In this document: one piece after another, positions 48,301-63,300 of the stretch
Position numbering within the stretch: the first letter of the stretch is position 1
Layout: each line of letters starts with the position of its first letter
The notes under the pieces: model-generated
Told to the model about the DNA's origin: nothing
What the model saw: only the letters and a program-made list of their open reading frames with translations
Database searches by the model: none
Source of the DNA: Dudresnaya verticillata
Taxonomy: Eukaryota
Reading direction: 5' to 3'
Assembly (NCBI GenBank): GCA_977862235.1
Contig: OZ374565.1
Coordinates: 992,001-1,056,000, forward strand
DNA: 64,000 bases
Translations under genes and position numbers: made by a program

Positions 48301-51300
48301 GGATTAGCTGAAGGCATGCCTAAACAGAAGAGAGATCAGGAGGGAAACGACAGTGGAGACAGCGACAACGAGTGGAAGCAAACAGGGTTGAGAGGAAAAC
48401 GAGAGAAGCAAAGACCAGGAAAGTCAAGAGGCCCCCCGCGAGCTGCCGACACAAGTACGGCAGCGCGGCGGGTGCAAAGCTCGGCACAGACGCGCTAGGA
48501 GGAGCGTAAGCAGTCGAGACGAAACAGCCACGGAAACAAGCCGGGATCCTTCACAAACAAGGAGAAGAGGAAATTTTTCGCGACGTTTATCGATGAGAAA
48601 GGAAAATGTGTATGAACTACAGCAGGAAGCAAACCTTTCTCCAACTCGACAAGTTTAGGCTTTTACATCTTTCTGTTGGACGTGCCCGAGTTGCACCGCG
48701 TGTACTGTTGGCGGTACGGGGACTACAATAGAATAGAAAGATGGGGAAGACGGTGGAGGGGATGAATGTGGTGTTCAGCGGGTTAAGTATCCCGCAGGAA
48801 TCGGTCACGTCGTGCAGACGGACGTCGGCTATCATCTAGGGTTACATTACCTATTTACAGTGTCTTGCATTTCCCCTTCTCCTTGTTTGGAGAGAAGCCT
48901 TTCACTTCATTTCCTCCTTGCTTCCAAACATGCACACGAGGTCTCCGAAAAGGGAGGGGCGGTGTCCGCATTGGGCGGAAGCGGGCGACTCCAAGCAATG
49001 TGCTAAATCGGAAATACCGACCGGAAACATTCGCGTGGGGTCTGGCACAATAAATCAGCTAACATTCAGAGGTTATCGAACAATCAGATTTGAATGAATA
49101 GGCCCGCGGTTCTTCGGCGGAAGCGCGACGGGCCTCTGGCCGGGCGTTCAGCCAACCATTAACGCCCTGGGGATATATAAGCTACCAGGTGTACCTTGCT
49201 ACCCTTACCCTGCTCTGGTCACGAACTATCCTGATCGGGAAGTACCCCAAGGTCGCCTGGTTCGCTTGTGGACTTGTCTTCACTCAAATGGTAGCTTGCT
49301 ACAACTCTTTCTTGTCGATTGACCCACGCGGTGAGCTACAAGACGCCTATTTTGTGTCGGTCCGCAGTTTCGCGGTCAACCTTGCGGAGAAACTGTAGTG
49401 CAAACGGTGGGGCAGTGGTTGTTCGCTCTGAGCTTGTTTTGGCATCGTCACCCGACGGAAATCGCCAGCGGAGCGCTGACCCGCCGTTGGCACAAACACG
49501 TCAAAGACGTATGCCACTGGGCGCTCCTGGGCCATAACGGCTCACATGCGTACGGACATCGCGTTTGGTGCATTGCGCGCACACGCGATGGTACTGTACT
49601 GCGGCACACGTGGCCTCTGGGGCACTGTGTGCCAGCCATGGTACGAATCCGGATGGACATCGGGAACAACAGTGGTACGAGCCTGTAAAGATGGCCCGGA
49701 TCCAAATCGGATCCGGATTTTTGTTATCGAGATCGGGCATCGGGATCCGTGCTGATATAAGGCGTGCGCCTGTAATGCTGGCGCGTCCGTAATGCTGGGA
49801 CGAGTGAGGATCAGAGTCGGGATTGCACGCGCAGCGACGTGAAAGCGCCTGAAAGCGGCGCGAGACCACGAGTGTGTGTAAGTGCGCGTAATATGATGCG
49901 CGCGGCAAACCTGTCAGACGCACAGGGAGGTCGCGGCCTGGTCCGAAGCGGGTTTGCGCGTGGACGTCGTCGCACTACAGAAACTCCGCGATGGCTGTGG
50001 AGAGGCTGGCCTTCCATTACGCAAGTCGGTTAATGAGGCCATTACCTTTGTGGTGACATTGGTTGGGCGTCTTGCGCGCCTTCAACGCACGATTTGCGCC
50101 TTGCGTCGTTGCATAACCGACACCGGCAGGACGCCCACCATGCTGACGGCCAGGGTGGTGTATGGCGAAGATATCCCTGATCTGGAGTCTGACACCGCGA
50201 AGGATGAGGAAATGGAAGTCGACCCCGCACCTTCTATGAAGCGTCAGCTCTACGCATAATCCCGATCGGTGCCACTTGTAAATGAGCCTAGTGACTTGAT
50301 GGAGCCCCCTTCCACTGGCGGAGCGAGAGTATAATTTCCTCACCAATTCGGAGTGGGCCCCGTGGGTAAGCATTCGTTGCCACTTCCTGCAACATTTAGG
50401 CCTAATTACGAGAATTCTTCGAGGCCATGAACGCCAGGGGTACTTGCACCCCGCGTTTAGACAGTTACCGATATGGAGTAGAGTCTCTTGGGCAAGGGCT
50501 CAGTGGCCTTGATTCCGGAGGTCATGCCCGTTTTTGCGAAATAGGACGGGAGCTCACGCGATTAACCGCGGGAGCTTCTTCAACGGCGTCGCGTAGACGA
50601 TGCTGCTGTACTTTTTCTATTGCAATATCGGTGGATGAAATTCTGTCGCAACTCCTCCGCGGGCTCATAGGTGTCCTTGGCTGGCGGGTAGCCGTACCAG
50701 CGCACTTTGTAAGTCATGCCCGTCGGCTCCTCGCGGTGTCCCCGATTTGGTAAATCATATACTCCTTATCGGCGTCAATGGGTTCCAATGACACCTGCTG
50801 GTTGCGAGATAATAGTCGTCTCGACTGAGGGTTGTCGTACCATATCTCCGCCATTGGGGTGTGGGGCAACCGGCAGCGCTACGAGTGGGGCCGGTTGCAC
50901 TGGTGCTCCAATTTGAACTTTGGTGATGCGATCGATACTGATAGGAATCAGCACGTCATCCTTCTTGATGGTGGCGACAGACTCCGTTGCGGTGTGTACC
51001 TCATATGGGCCCGTCGATCGATCGAGGTAGTAGCTTTTTCATCTGCTCCGCGAAATCGCCGACATGGTCAGCGCTTTGCCCCATTCTGTCGCGTTCTTTC
51101 CGTTCGATGGGCCGCAAGTTTCGTGGCGGGCGATCTACGTAGAGCGAGCATTGGGGGTCCACAGCCGCCCCTGAACGCCTATAATTATCCTTGGGTTCCC
51201 GATGCGCAGCCAGGGAGTCCAGCTAAGTCCCTTTCTGAGCGGAATACAGTATTTGAAGGCGCGCGCGCAGTAACTGCGCGCCCGTCTTCAAAGAAACCCC

Positions 51301-54300
51301 ACCCGACACGCTGCAACCGCCTGTACCTCAACATGCCTCCATTTGCTACTTTCCCCGCGCGACCAGGGCCAAACGACATACAGGAAGAATGTTGATCTGG
51401 ACATAGAATTTCGCAAACCTGCGACACACGGTACAAGATATTATGAATGTCTTCTCAACAACCCTGGAGCCCCGGTCTTCACGGCTGTCCACCTTTCCCC
51501 TTACACAACACGCACTCTCACGAACTACGCTTAATCCCCCGCGACGCCTGATAGAGCGACAGGCCCATTTCTCGGCGGCATCTGAATCTACATCAACCCC
51601 TCACGGCGGGCATGGAAGAGATAATCGCCCCAACCCGACCCACCAAGCCAAACATCCCTCTTTCAAACATTTTGCATCCATATCGAGGGTATAAGAGATA
51701 TCGTGGGAATATGTATCAGCCCCTCCGCTACCAGCGACCACGTCGTGGTTCTCCCAATGCAGGAAAGAATCGGATTCATGGACCCACGGTTATCATGGGA
51801 GACTTCAACGCCCGAAGCACGAGATAGTGCTTCGCATCCAACCAAAGAGGTAACTCCCTGATCTCATGGTTAGCGAATACCCGCTTTGAAGCATTTTTGC
51901 CCGCCTTACCTAGTTTACGATGCCACAATGGAAGCGGCGGCTTAATTACTGTAGCGTAACTGTAAGACCAGATATGCCACGCATGCGTTGCTATAAGACC
52001 AGCTGCGCCACGGGTACCATGCTGTGCGCACACTGCAGTGTGACCGGCTGAAATGTCAGCCGGTCGAGTCACATCCCTGCTGAGGCCATATCCCAACCGA
52101 ATTCAGCAGGATGTTCGATGATATCGGCCGGTTCAGTAGTCGAAATTCGTACACCGCATTTTTCGTTTCCACCTAACAGGCGACGATTAGTGCGATGAAC
52201 ATGTCACGAGACTGATGCGTAAGAAATGCGTGAAGTGGGATAACCTGTATATCTAGCCCGTCCCAACCGAGGACATTAAAGCGGCCAATGGGCTTAATCT
52301 TCTGGGACTCGCGAACAGCATTGAGATACACTGTTAGAGCAGAAGTGCCTGGTTCAGACTCAGGGACAGGTGCGGCAGATGGTGCAGATGAGTCAGCTGG
52401 GGCCGACGGAGGGACAGAATGTGAGACAGAATGACCAGCAGTAGAAACGGATACAGGCACAGAGAGGTTGAGAAATACACGGAGAAGATATTTAAAGTGC
52501 AAATTGTGGTCAAATATCGAGATAAGAGCCTTAACGCTCGGAGGTCAGCAATCTGGAGAAGGAAGCTGTTTAAGGCATTTTAATTTGCGAGATGCGACAC
52601 GGAACCCAAATAAGGAGACGGATAGTGCAATAGAAATCCAAGATTACATGTGTAAGAGAGACGAAGGCATCTTGCTGGACATCTTTGAGCGAACGACGCG
52701 TAGGATTAGCTGAAGGCATGCCTAAACAGAAGAGAGATCAGGAGGGAAACGACAGTGGAGACAGCGACAACGAGTGGAAGCAAACAGGGTTGAGAGGAAA
52801 ACGAGAGAAGCAAAGACCAGGAAAGTCAAGAGGCCCCCCGCGAGCTGCCGACACAAGTACGGCAGCGCGGCGGGTGCAAAGCTCGGCACAGACGCGCTAG
52901 GAGGAGCGTAAGCAGTCGAGACGAAACAGCCACGGAAACAAGCCGGGATCCTTCACAAACAAGGAGAAGAGGAAATTTTTCGCGACGTTTATCGATGAGA
53001 AAGGAAAATGTGTATGAACTACAGCAGGAAGCAAACCTTTCTCCAACTCGACAAGTTTAGGCTTTTACATCTTTCTGTTGGACGTGCCCGAGTTGCACCG
53101 CGTGTACTGTTGGCGGTACGGGGACTACAATAGAATAGAAAGATGGGGAAGACGGTGGAGGGGATGAATGTGGTGTTCAGCGGGTTAAGTATCCCGCAGG
53201 AATCGGTCACGTCGTGCAGACGGACGTCGGCTATCATCTAGGGTTACATTACCTATTTACAGTGTCTTGCATTTCCCCTTCTCCTTGTTTGGAGAGAAGC
53301 CTTTCACTTCATTTCCTCCTTGCTTCCAAACATGCACACGAGGTCTCCGAAAAGGGAGGGGCGGTGTCCGCATTGGGCGGAAGCGGGCGACTCCAAGCAA
53401 TGTGCTAAATCGGAAATACCGACCGGAAACATTCGCGTGGGGTCTGGCACAATAAATCAGCTAACATTCAGAGGTTATCGAACAATCAGATTTGAATGAA
53501 TAGGCCCGCGGTTCTTCGGCGGAAGCGCGACGGGCCTCTGGCCGGGCGTTCAGCCAACCATTAACGCCCTGGGGATATATAAGCTACCAGGTGTACCTTG
53601 CTACCCTTACCCTGCTCTGGTCACGAACTATCCTGATCGGGAAGTACCCCAAGGTCGCCTGGTTCGCTTGTGGACTTGTCTTCACTCAAATGGTAGCTTG
53701 CTACAACTCTTTCTTGTCGATTGACCCACGCGGTGAGCTACAAGACGCCTATTTTGTGTCGGTCCGCAGTTTCGCGGTCAACCTTGCGGAGAAACTGTAG
53801 TGCAAACGGTGGGGCAGTGGTTGTTCGCTCTGAGCTTGTTTTGGCATCGTCACCCGACGGAAATCGCCAGCGGAGCGCTGACCCGCCGTTGGCACAAACA
53901 CGTCAAAGACGTATGCCACTGGGCGCTCCTGGGCCATAACGGCTCACATGCGTACGGACATCGCGTTTGGTGCATTGCGCGCACACGCGATGGTACTGTA
54001 CTGCGGCACACGTGGCCTCTGGGGCACTGTGTGCCAGCCATGGTACGAATCCGGATGGACATCGGGAACAACAGTGGTACGAGCCTGTAAAGATGGCCCG
54101 GATCCAAATCGGATCCGGATTTTTGTTATCGAGATCGGGCATCGGGATCCGTGCTGATATAAGGCGTGCGCCTGTAATGCTGGCGCGTCCGTAATGCTGG
54201 GACGAGTGAGGATCAGAGTCGGGATTGCACGCGCAGCGACGTGAAAGCGCCTGAAAGCGGCGCGAGACCACGAGTGTGTGTAAGTGCGCGTAATATGATG

Positions 54301-57300
54301 CGCGCGGCAAACCTGTCAGACGCACAGGGAGGTCGCGGCCTGGTCCGAAGCGGGTTTGCGCGTGGACGTCGTCGCACTACAGAAACTCCGCGATGGCTGT
54401 GGAGAGGCTGGCCTTCCATTACGCAAGTCGGTTAATGAGGCCATTACCTTTGTGGTGACATTGGTTGGGCGTCTTGCGCGCCTTCAACGCACGATTTGCG
54501 CCTTGCGTCGTTGCATAACCGACACCGGCAGGACGCCCACCATGCTGACGGCCAGGGTGGTGTATGGCGAAGATATCCCTGATCTGGAGTCTGACACCGC
54601 GAAGGATGAGGAAATGGAAGTCGACCCCGCACCTTCTATGAAGCGTCAGCTCTACGCATAATCCCGATCGGTGCCACTTGTAAATGAGCCTAGTGACTTG
54701 ATGGAGCCCCCTTCCACTGGCGGAGCGAGAGTATAATTTCCTCACCAATTCGGAGTGGGCCCCGTGGGTAAGCATTCGTTGCCACTTCCTGCAACATTTA
54801 GGCCTAATTACGAGAATTCTTCGAGGCCATGAACGCCAGGGGTACTTGCACCCCGCGTTTAGACAGTTACCGATATGGAGTAGAGTCTCTTGGGCAAGGG
54901 CTCAGTGGCCTTGATTCCGGAGGTCATGCCCGTTTTTGCGAAATAGGACGGGAGCTCACGCGATTAACCGCGGGAGCTTCTTCAACGGCGTCGCGTAGAC
55001 GATGCTGCTGTACTTTTTCTATTGCAATATCGGTGGATGAAATTCTGTCGCAACTCCTCCGCGGGCTCATAGGTGTCCTTGGCTGGCGGGTAGCCGTACC
55101 AGCGCACTTTGTAAGTCATGCCCGTCGGCTCCTCGCGGTGTCCCCGATTTGGTAAATCATATACTCCTTATCGGCGTCAATGGGTTCCAATGACACCTGC
55201 TGGTTGCGAGATAATAGTCGTCTCGACTGAGGGTTGTCGTACCATATCTCCGCCATTGGGGTGTGGGGCAACCGGCAGCGCTACGAGTGGGGCCGGTTGC
55301 ACTGGTGCTCCAATTTGAACTTTGGTGATGCGATCGATACTGATAGGAATCAGCACGTCATCCTTCTTGATGGTGGCGACAGACTCCGTTGCGGTGTGTA
55401 CCTCATATGGGCCCGTCGATCGATCGAGGTAGTAGCTTTTTCATCTGCTCCGCGAAATCGCCGACATGGTCAGCGCTTTGCCCCATTCTGTCGCGTTCTT
55501 TCCGTTCGATGGGCCGCAAGTTTCGTGGCGGGCGATCTACGTAGAGCGAGCATTGGGGGTCCACAGCCGCCCCTGAACGCCTATAATTATCCTTGGGTTC
55601 CCGATGCGCAGCCAGGGAGTCCAGCTAAGTCCCTTTCTGAGCGGAATACAGTATTTGAAGGCGCGCGCGCAGTAACTGCGCGCCCGTCTTCAAAGAAACC
55701 CCACCCGACACGCTGCAACCGCCTGTACCTCAACATGCCTCCATTTGCTACTTTCCCCGCGCGACCAGGGCCAAACGACATACAGGAAGAATGTTGATCT
55801 GGACATAGAATTTCGCAAACCTGCGACACACGGTACAAGATATTATGAATGTCTTCTCAACAACCCTGGAGCCCCGGTCTTCACGGCTGTCCACCTTTCC
55901 CCTTACACAACACGCACTCTCACGAACTACGCTTAATCCCCCGCGACGCCTGATAGAGCGACAGGCCCATTTCTCGGCGGCATCTGAATCTACATCAACC
56001 CCTCACGGCGGGCATGGAAGAGATAATCGCCCCAACCCGACCCACCAAGCCAAACATCCCTCTTTCAAACATTTTGCATCCATATCGAGGGTATAAGAGA
56101 TATCGTGGGAATATGTATCAGCCCCTCCGCTACCAGCGACCACGTCGTGGTTCTCCCAATGCAGGAAAGAATCGGATTCATGGACCCACGGTTATCATGG
56201 GAGACTTCAACGCCCGAAGCACGAGATAGTGCTTCGCATCCAACCAAAGAGGTAACTCCCTGATCTCATGGTTAGCGAATACCCGCTTTGAAGCATTTTT
56301 GCCCGCCTTACCTAGTTTACGATGCCACAATGGAAGCGGCGGCTTAATTACTGTAGCGTAACTGTAAGACCAGATATGCCACGCATGCGTTGCTATAAGA
56401 CCAGCTGCGCCACGGGTACCATGCTGTGCGCACACTGCAGTGTGACCGGCTGAAATGTCAGCCGGTCGAGTCACATCCCTGCTGAGGCCATATCCCAACC
56501 GAATTCAGCAGGATGTTCGATGATATCGGCCGGTTCAGTAGTCGAAATTCGTACACCGCATTTTTCGTTTCCACCTAACAGGCGACGATTAGTGCGATGA
56601 ACATGTCACGAGACTGATGCGTAAGAAATGCGTGAAGTGGGATAACCTGTATATCTAGCCCGTCCCAACCGAGGACATTAAAGCGGCCAATGGGCTTAAT
56701 CTTCTGGGACTCGCGAACAGCATTGAGATACACTGTTAGAGCAGAAGTGCCTGGTTCAGACTCAGGGACAGGTGCGGCAGATGGTGCAGATGAGTCAGCT
56801 GGGGCCGACGGAGGGACAGAATGTGAGACAGAATGACCAGCAGTAGAAACGGATACAGGCACAGAGAGGTTGAGAAATACACGGAGAAGATATTTAAAGT
56901 GCAAATTGTGGTCAAATATCGAGATAAGAGCCTTAACGCTCGGAGGTCAGCAATCTGGAGAAGGAAGCTGTTTAAGGCATTTTAATTTGCGAGATGCGAC
57001 ACGGAACCCAAATAAGGAGACGGATAGTGCAATAGAAATCCAAGATTACATGTGTAAGAGAGACGAAGGCATCTTGCTGGACATCTTTGAGCGAACGACG
57101 CGTAGGATTAGCTGAAGGCATGCCTAAACAGAAGAGAGATCAGGAGGGAAACGACAGTGGAGACAGCGACAACGAGTGGAAGCAAACAGGGTTGAGAGGA
57201 AAACGAGAGAAGCAAAGACCAGGAAAGTCAAGAGGCCCCCCGCGAGCTGCCGACACAAGTACGGCAGCGCGGCGGGTGCAAAGCTCGGCACAGACGCGCT

Positions 57301-60300
57301 AGGAGGAGCGTAAGCAGTCGAGACGAAACAGCCACGGAAACAAGCCGGGATCCTTCACAAACAAGGAGAAGAGGAAATTTTTCGCGACGTTTATCGATGA
57401 GAAAGGAAAATGTGTATGAACTACAGCAGGAAGCAAACCTTTCTCCAACTCGACAAGTTTAGGCTTTTACATCTTTCTGTTGGACGTGCCCGAGTTGCAC
57501 CGCGTGTACTGTTGGCGGTACGGGGACTACAATAGAATAGAAAGATGGGGAAGACGGTGGAGGGGATGAATGTGGTGTTCAGCGGGTTAAGTATCCCGCA
57601 GGAATCGGTCACGTCGTGCAGACGGACGTCGGCTATCATCTAGGGTTACATTACCTATTTACAGTGTCTTGCATTTCCCCTTCTCCTTGTTTGGAGAGAA
57701 GCCTTTCACTTCATTTCCTCCTTGCTTCCAAACATGCACACGAGGTCTCCGAAAAGGGAGGGGCGGTGTCCGCATTGGGCGGAAGCGGGCGACTCCAAGC
57801 AATGTGCTAAATCGGAAATACCGACCGGAAACATTCGCGTGGGGTCTGGCACAATAAATCAGCTAACATTCAGAGGTTATCGAACAATCAGATTTGAATG
57901 AATAGGCCCGCGGTTCTTCGGCGGAAGCGCGACGGGCCTCTGGCCGGGCGTTCAGCCAACCATTAACGCCCTGGGGATATATAAGCTACCAGGTGTACCT
58001 TGCTACCCTTACCCTGCTCTGGTCACGAACTATCCTGATCGGGAAGTACCCCAAGGTCGCCTGGTTCGCTTGTGGACTTGTCTTCACTCAAATGGTAGCT
58101 TGCTACAACTCTTTCTTGTCGATTGACCCACGCGGTGAGCTACAAGACGCCTATTTTGTGTCGGTCCGCAGTTTCGCGGTCAACCTTGCGGAGAAACTGT
58201 AGTGCAAACGGTGGGGCAGTGGTTGTTCGCTCTGAGCTTGTTTTGGCATCGTCACCCGACGGAAATCGCCAGCGGAGCGCTGACCCGCCGTTGGCACAAA
58301 CACGTCAAAGACGTATGCCACTGGGCGCTCCTGGGCCATAACGGCTCACATGCGTACGGACATCGCGTTTGGTGCATTGCGCGCACACGCGATGGTACTG
58401 TACTGCGGCACACGTGGCCTCTGGGGCACTGTGTGCCAGCCATGGTACGAATCCGGATGGACATCGGGAACAACAGTGGTACGAGCCTGTAAAGATGGCC
58501 CGGATCCAAATCGGATCCGGATTTTTGTTATCGAGATCGGGCATCGGGATCCGTGCTGATATAAGGCGTGCGCCTGTAATGCTGGCGCGTCCGTAATGCT
58601 GGGACGAGTGAGGATCAGAGTCGGGATTGCACGCGCAGCGACGTGAAAGCGCCTGAAAGCGGCGCGAGACCACGAGTGTGTGTAAGTGCGCGTAATATGA
58701 TGCGCGCGGCAAACCTGTCAGACGCACAGGGAGGTCGCGGCCTGGTCCGAAGCGGGTTTGCGCGTGGACGTCGTCGCACTACAGAAACTCCGCGATGGCT
58801 GTGGAGAGGCTGGCCTTCCATTACGCAAGTCGGTTAATGAGGCCATTACCTTTGTGGTGACATTGGTTGGGCGTCTTGCGCGCCTTCAACGCACGATTTG
58901 CGCCTTGCGTCGTTGCATAACCGACACCGGCAGGACGCCCACCATGCTGACGGCCAGGGTGGTGTATGGCGAAGATATCCCTGATCTGGAGTCTGACACC
59001 GCGAAGGATGAGGAAATGGAAGTCGACCCCGCACCTTCTATGAAGCGTCAGCTCTACGCATAATCCCGATCGGTGCCACTTGTAAATGAGCCTAGTGACT
59101 TGATGGAGCCCCCTTCCACTGGCGGAGCGAGAGTATAATTTCCTCACCAATTCGGAGTGGGCCCCGTGGGTAAGCATTCGTTGCCACTTCCTGCAACATT
59201 TAGGCCTAATTACGAGAATTCTTCGAGGCCATGAACGCCAGGGGTACTTGCACCCCGCGTTTAGACAGTTACCGATATGGAGTAGAGTCTCTTGGGCAAG
59301 GGCTCAGTGGCCTTGATTCCGGAGGTCATGCCCGTTTTTGCGAAATAGGACGGGAGCTCACGCGATTAACCGCGGGAGCTTCTTCAACGGCGTCGCGTAG
59401 ACGATGCTGCTGTACTTTTTCTATTGCAATATCGGTGGATGAAATTCTGTCGCAACTCCTCCGCGGGCTCATAGGTGTCCTTGGCTGGCGGGTAGCCGTA
59501 CCAGCGCACTTTGTAAGTCATGCCCGTCGGCTCCTCGCGGTGTCCCCGATTTGGTAAATCATATACTCCTTATCGGCGTCAATGGGTTCCAATGACACCT
59601 GCTGGTTGCGAGATAATAGTCGTCTCGACTGAGGGTTGTCGTACCATATCTCCGCCATTGGGGTGTGGGGCAACCGGCAGCGCTACGAGTGGGGCCGGTT
59701 GCACTGGTGCTCCAATTTGAACTTTGGTGATGCGATCGATACTGATAGGAATCAGCACGTCATCCTTCTTGATGGTGGCGACAGACTCCGTTGCGGTGTG
59801 TACCTCATATGGGCCCGTCGATCGATCGAGGTAGTAGCTTTTTCATCTGCTCCGCGAAATCGCCGACATGGTCAGCGCTTTGCCCCATTCTGTCGCGTTC
59901 TTTCCGTTCGATGGGCCGCAAGTTTCGTGGCGGGCGATCTACGTAGAGCGAGCATTGGGGGTCCACAGCCGCCCCTGAACGCCTATAATTATCCTTGGGT
60001 TCCCGATGCGCAGCCAGGGAGTCCAGCTAAGTCCCTTTCTGAGCGGAATACAGTATTTGAAGGCGCGCGCGCAGTAACTGCGCGCCCGTCTTCAAAGAAA
60101 CCCCACCCGACACGCTGCAACCGCCTGTACCTCAACATGCCTCCATTTGCTACTTTCCCCGCGCGACCAGGGCCAAACGACATACAGGAAGAATGTTGAT
60201 CTGGACATAGAATTTCGCAAACCTGCGACACACGGTACAAGATATTATGAATGTCTTCTCAACAACCCTGGAGCCCCGGTCTTCACGGCTGTCCACCTTT

Positions 60301-63300
60301 CCCCTTACACAACACGCACTCTCACGAACTACGCTTAATCCCCCGCGACGCCTGATAGAGCGACAGGCCCATTTCTCGGCGGCATCTGAATCTACATCAA
60401 CCCCTCACGGCGGGCATGGAAGAGATAATCGCCCCAACCCGACCCACCAAGCCAAACATCCCTCTTTCAAACATTTTGCATCCATATCGAGGGTATAAGA
60501 GATATCGTGGGAATATGTATCAGCCCCTCCGCTACCAGCGACCACGTCGTGGTTCTCCCAATGCAGGAAAGAATCGGATTCATGGACCCACGGTTATCAT
60601 GGGAGACTTCAACGCCCGAAGCACGAGATAGTGCTTCGCATCCAACCAAAGAGGTAACTCCCTGATCTCATGGTTAGCGAATACCCGCTTTGAAGCATTT
60701 TTGCCCGCCTTACCTAGTTTACGATGCCACAATGGAAGCGGCGGCTTAATTACTGTAGCGTAACTGTAAGACCAGATATGCCACGCATGCGTTGCTATAA
60801 GACCAGCTGCGCCACGGGTACCATGCTGTGCGCACACTGCAGTGTGACCGGCTGAAATGTCAGCCGGTCGAGTCACATCCCTGCTGAGGCCATATCCCAA
60901 CCGAATTCAGCAGGATGTTCGATGATATCGGCCGGTTCAGTAGTCGAAATTCGTACACCGCATTTTTCGTTTCCACCTAACAGGCGACGATTAGTGCGAT
61001 GAACATGTCACGAGACTGATGCGTAAGAAATGCGTGAAGTGGGATAACCTGTATATCTAGCCCGTCCCAACCGAGGACATTAAAGCGGCCAATGGGCTTA
61101 ATCTTCTGGGACTCGCGAACAGCATTGAGATACACTGTTAGAGCAGAAGTGCCTGGTTCAGACTCAGGGACAGGTGCGGCAGATGGTGCAGATGAGTCAG
61201 CTGGGGCCGACGGAGGGACAGAATGTGAGACAGAATGACCAGCAGTAGAAACGGATACAGGCACAGAGAGGTTGAGAAATACACGGAGAAGATATTTAAA
61301 GTGCAAATTGTGGTCAAATATCGAGATAAGAGCCTTAACGCTCGGAGGTCAGCAATCTGGAGAAGGAAGCTGTTTAAGGCATTTTAATTTGCGAGATGCG
61401 ACACGGAACCCAAATAAGGAGACGGATAGTGCAATAGAAATCCAAGATTACATGTGTAAGAGAGACGAAGGCATCTTGCTGGACATCTTTGAGCGAACGA
61501 CGCGTAGGATTAGCTGAAGGCATGCCTAAACAGAAGAGAGATCAGGAGGGAAACGACAGTGGAGACAGCGACAACGAGTGGAAGCAAACAGGGTTGAGAG
61601 GAAAACGAGAGAAGCAAAGACCAGGAAAGTCAAGAGGCCCCCCGCGAGCTGCCGACACAAGTACGGCAGCGCGGCGGGTGCAAAGCTCGGCACAGACGCG
61701 CTAGGAGGAGCGTAAGCAGTCGAGACGAAACAGCCACGGAAACAAGCCGGGATCCTTCACAAACAAGGAGAAGAGGAAATTTTTCGCGACGTTTATCGAT
61801 GAGAAAGGAAAATGTGTATGAACTACAGCAGGAAGCAAACCTTTCTCCAACTCGACAAGTTTAGGCTTTTACATCTTTCTGTTGGACGTGCCCGAGTTGC
61901 ACCGCGTGTACTGTTGGCGGTACGGGGACTACAATAGAATAGAAAGATGGGGAAGACGGTGGAGGGGATGAATGTGGTGTTCAGCGGGTTAAGTATCCCG
62001 CAGGAATCGGTCACGTCGTGCAGACGGACGTCGGCTATCATCTAGGGTTACATTACCTATTTACAGTGTCTTGCATTTCCCCTTCTCCTTGTTTGGAGAG
62101 AAGCCTTTCACTTCATTTCCTCCTTGCTTCCAAACATGCACACGAGGTCTCCGAAAAGGGAGGGGCGGTGTCCGCATTGGGCGGAAGCGGGCGACTCCAA
62201 GCAATGTGCTAAATCGGAAATACCGACCGGAAACATTCGCGTGGGGTCTGGCACAATAAATCAGCTAACATTCAGAGGTTATCGAACAATCAGATTTGAA
62301 TGAATAGGCCCGCGGTTCTTCGGCGGAAGCGCGACGGGCCTCTGGCCGGGCGTTCAGCCAACCATTAACGCCCTGGGGATATATAAGCTACCAGGTGTAC
62401 CTTGCTACCCTTACCCTGCTCTGGTCACGAACTATCCTGATCGGGAAGTACCCCAAGGTCGCCTGGTTCGCTTGTGGACTTGTCTTCACTCAAATGGTAG
62501 CTTGCTACAACTCTTTCTTGTCGATTGACCCACGCGGTGAGCTACAAGACGCCTATTTTGTGTCGGTCCGCAGTTTCGCGGTCAACCTTGCGGAGAAACT
62601 GTAGTGCAAACGGTGGGGCAGTGGTTGTTCGCTCTGAGCTTGTTTTGGCATCGTCACCCGACGGAAATCGCCAGCGGAGCGCTGACCCGCCGTTGGCACA
62701 AACACGTCAAAGACGTATGCCACTGGGCGCTCCTGGGCCATAACGGCTCACATGCGTACGGACATCGCGTTTGGTGCATTGCGCGCACACGCGATGGTAC
62801 TGTACTGCGGCACACGTGGCCTCTGGGGCACTGTGTGCCAGCCATGGTACGAATCCGGATGGACATCGGGAACAACAGTGGTACGAGCCTGTAAAGATGG
62901 CCCGGATCCAAATCGGATCCGGATTTTTGTTATCGAGATCGGGCATCGGGATCCGTGCTGATATAAGGCGTGCGCCTGTAATGCTGGCGCGTCCGTAATG
63001 CTGGGACGAGTGAGGATCAGAGTCGGGATTGCACGCGCAGCGACGTGAAAGCGCCTGAAAGCGGCGCGAGACCACGAGTGTGTGTAAGTGCGCGTAATAT
63101 GATGCGCGCGGCAAACCTGTCAGACGCACAGGGAGGTCGCGGCCTGGTCCGAAGCGGGTTTGCGCGTGGACGTCGTCGCACTACAGAAACTCCGCGATGG
63201 CTGTGGAGAGGCTGGCCTTCCATTACGCAAGTCGGTTAATGAGGCCATTACCTTTGTGGTGACATTGGTTGGGCGTCTTGCGCGCCTTCAACGCACGATT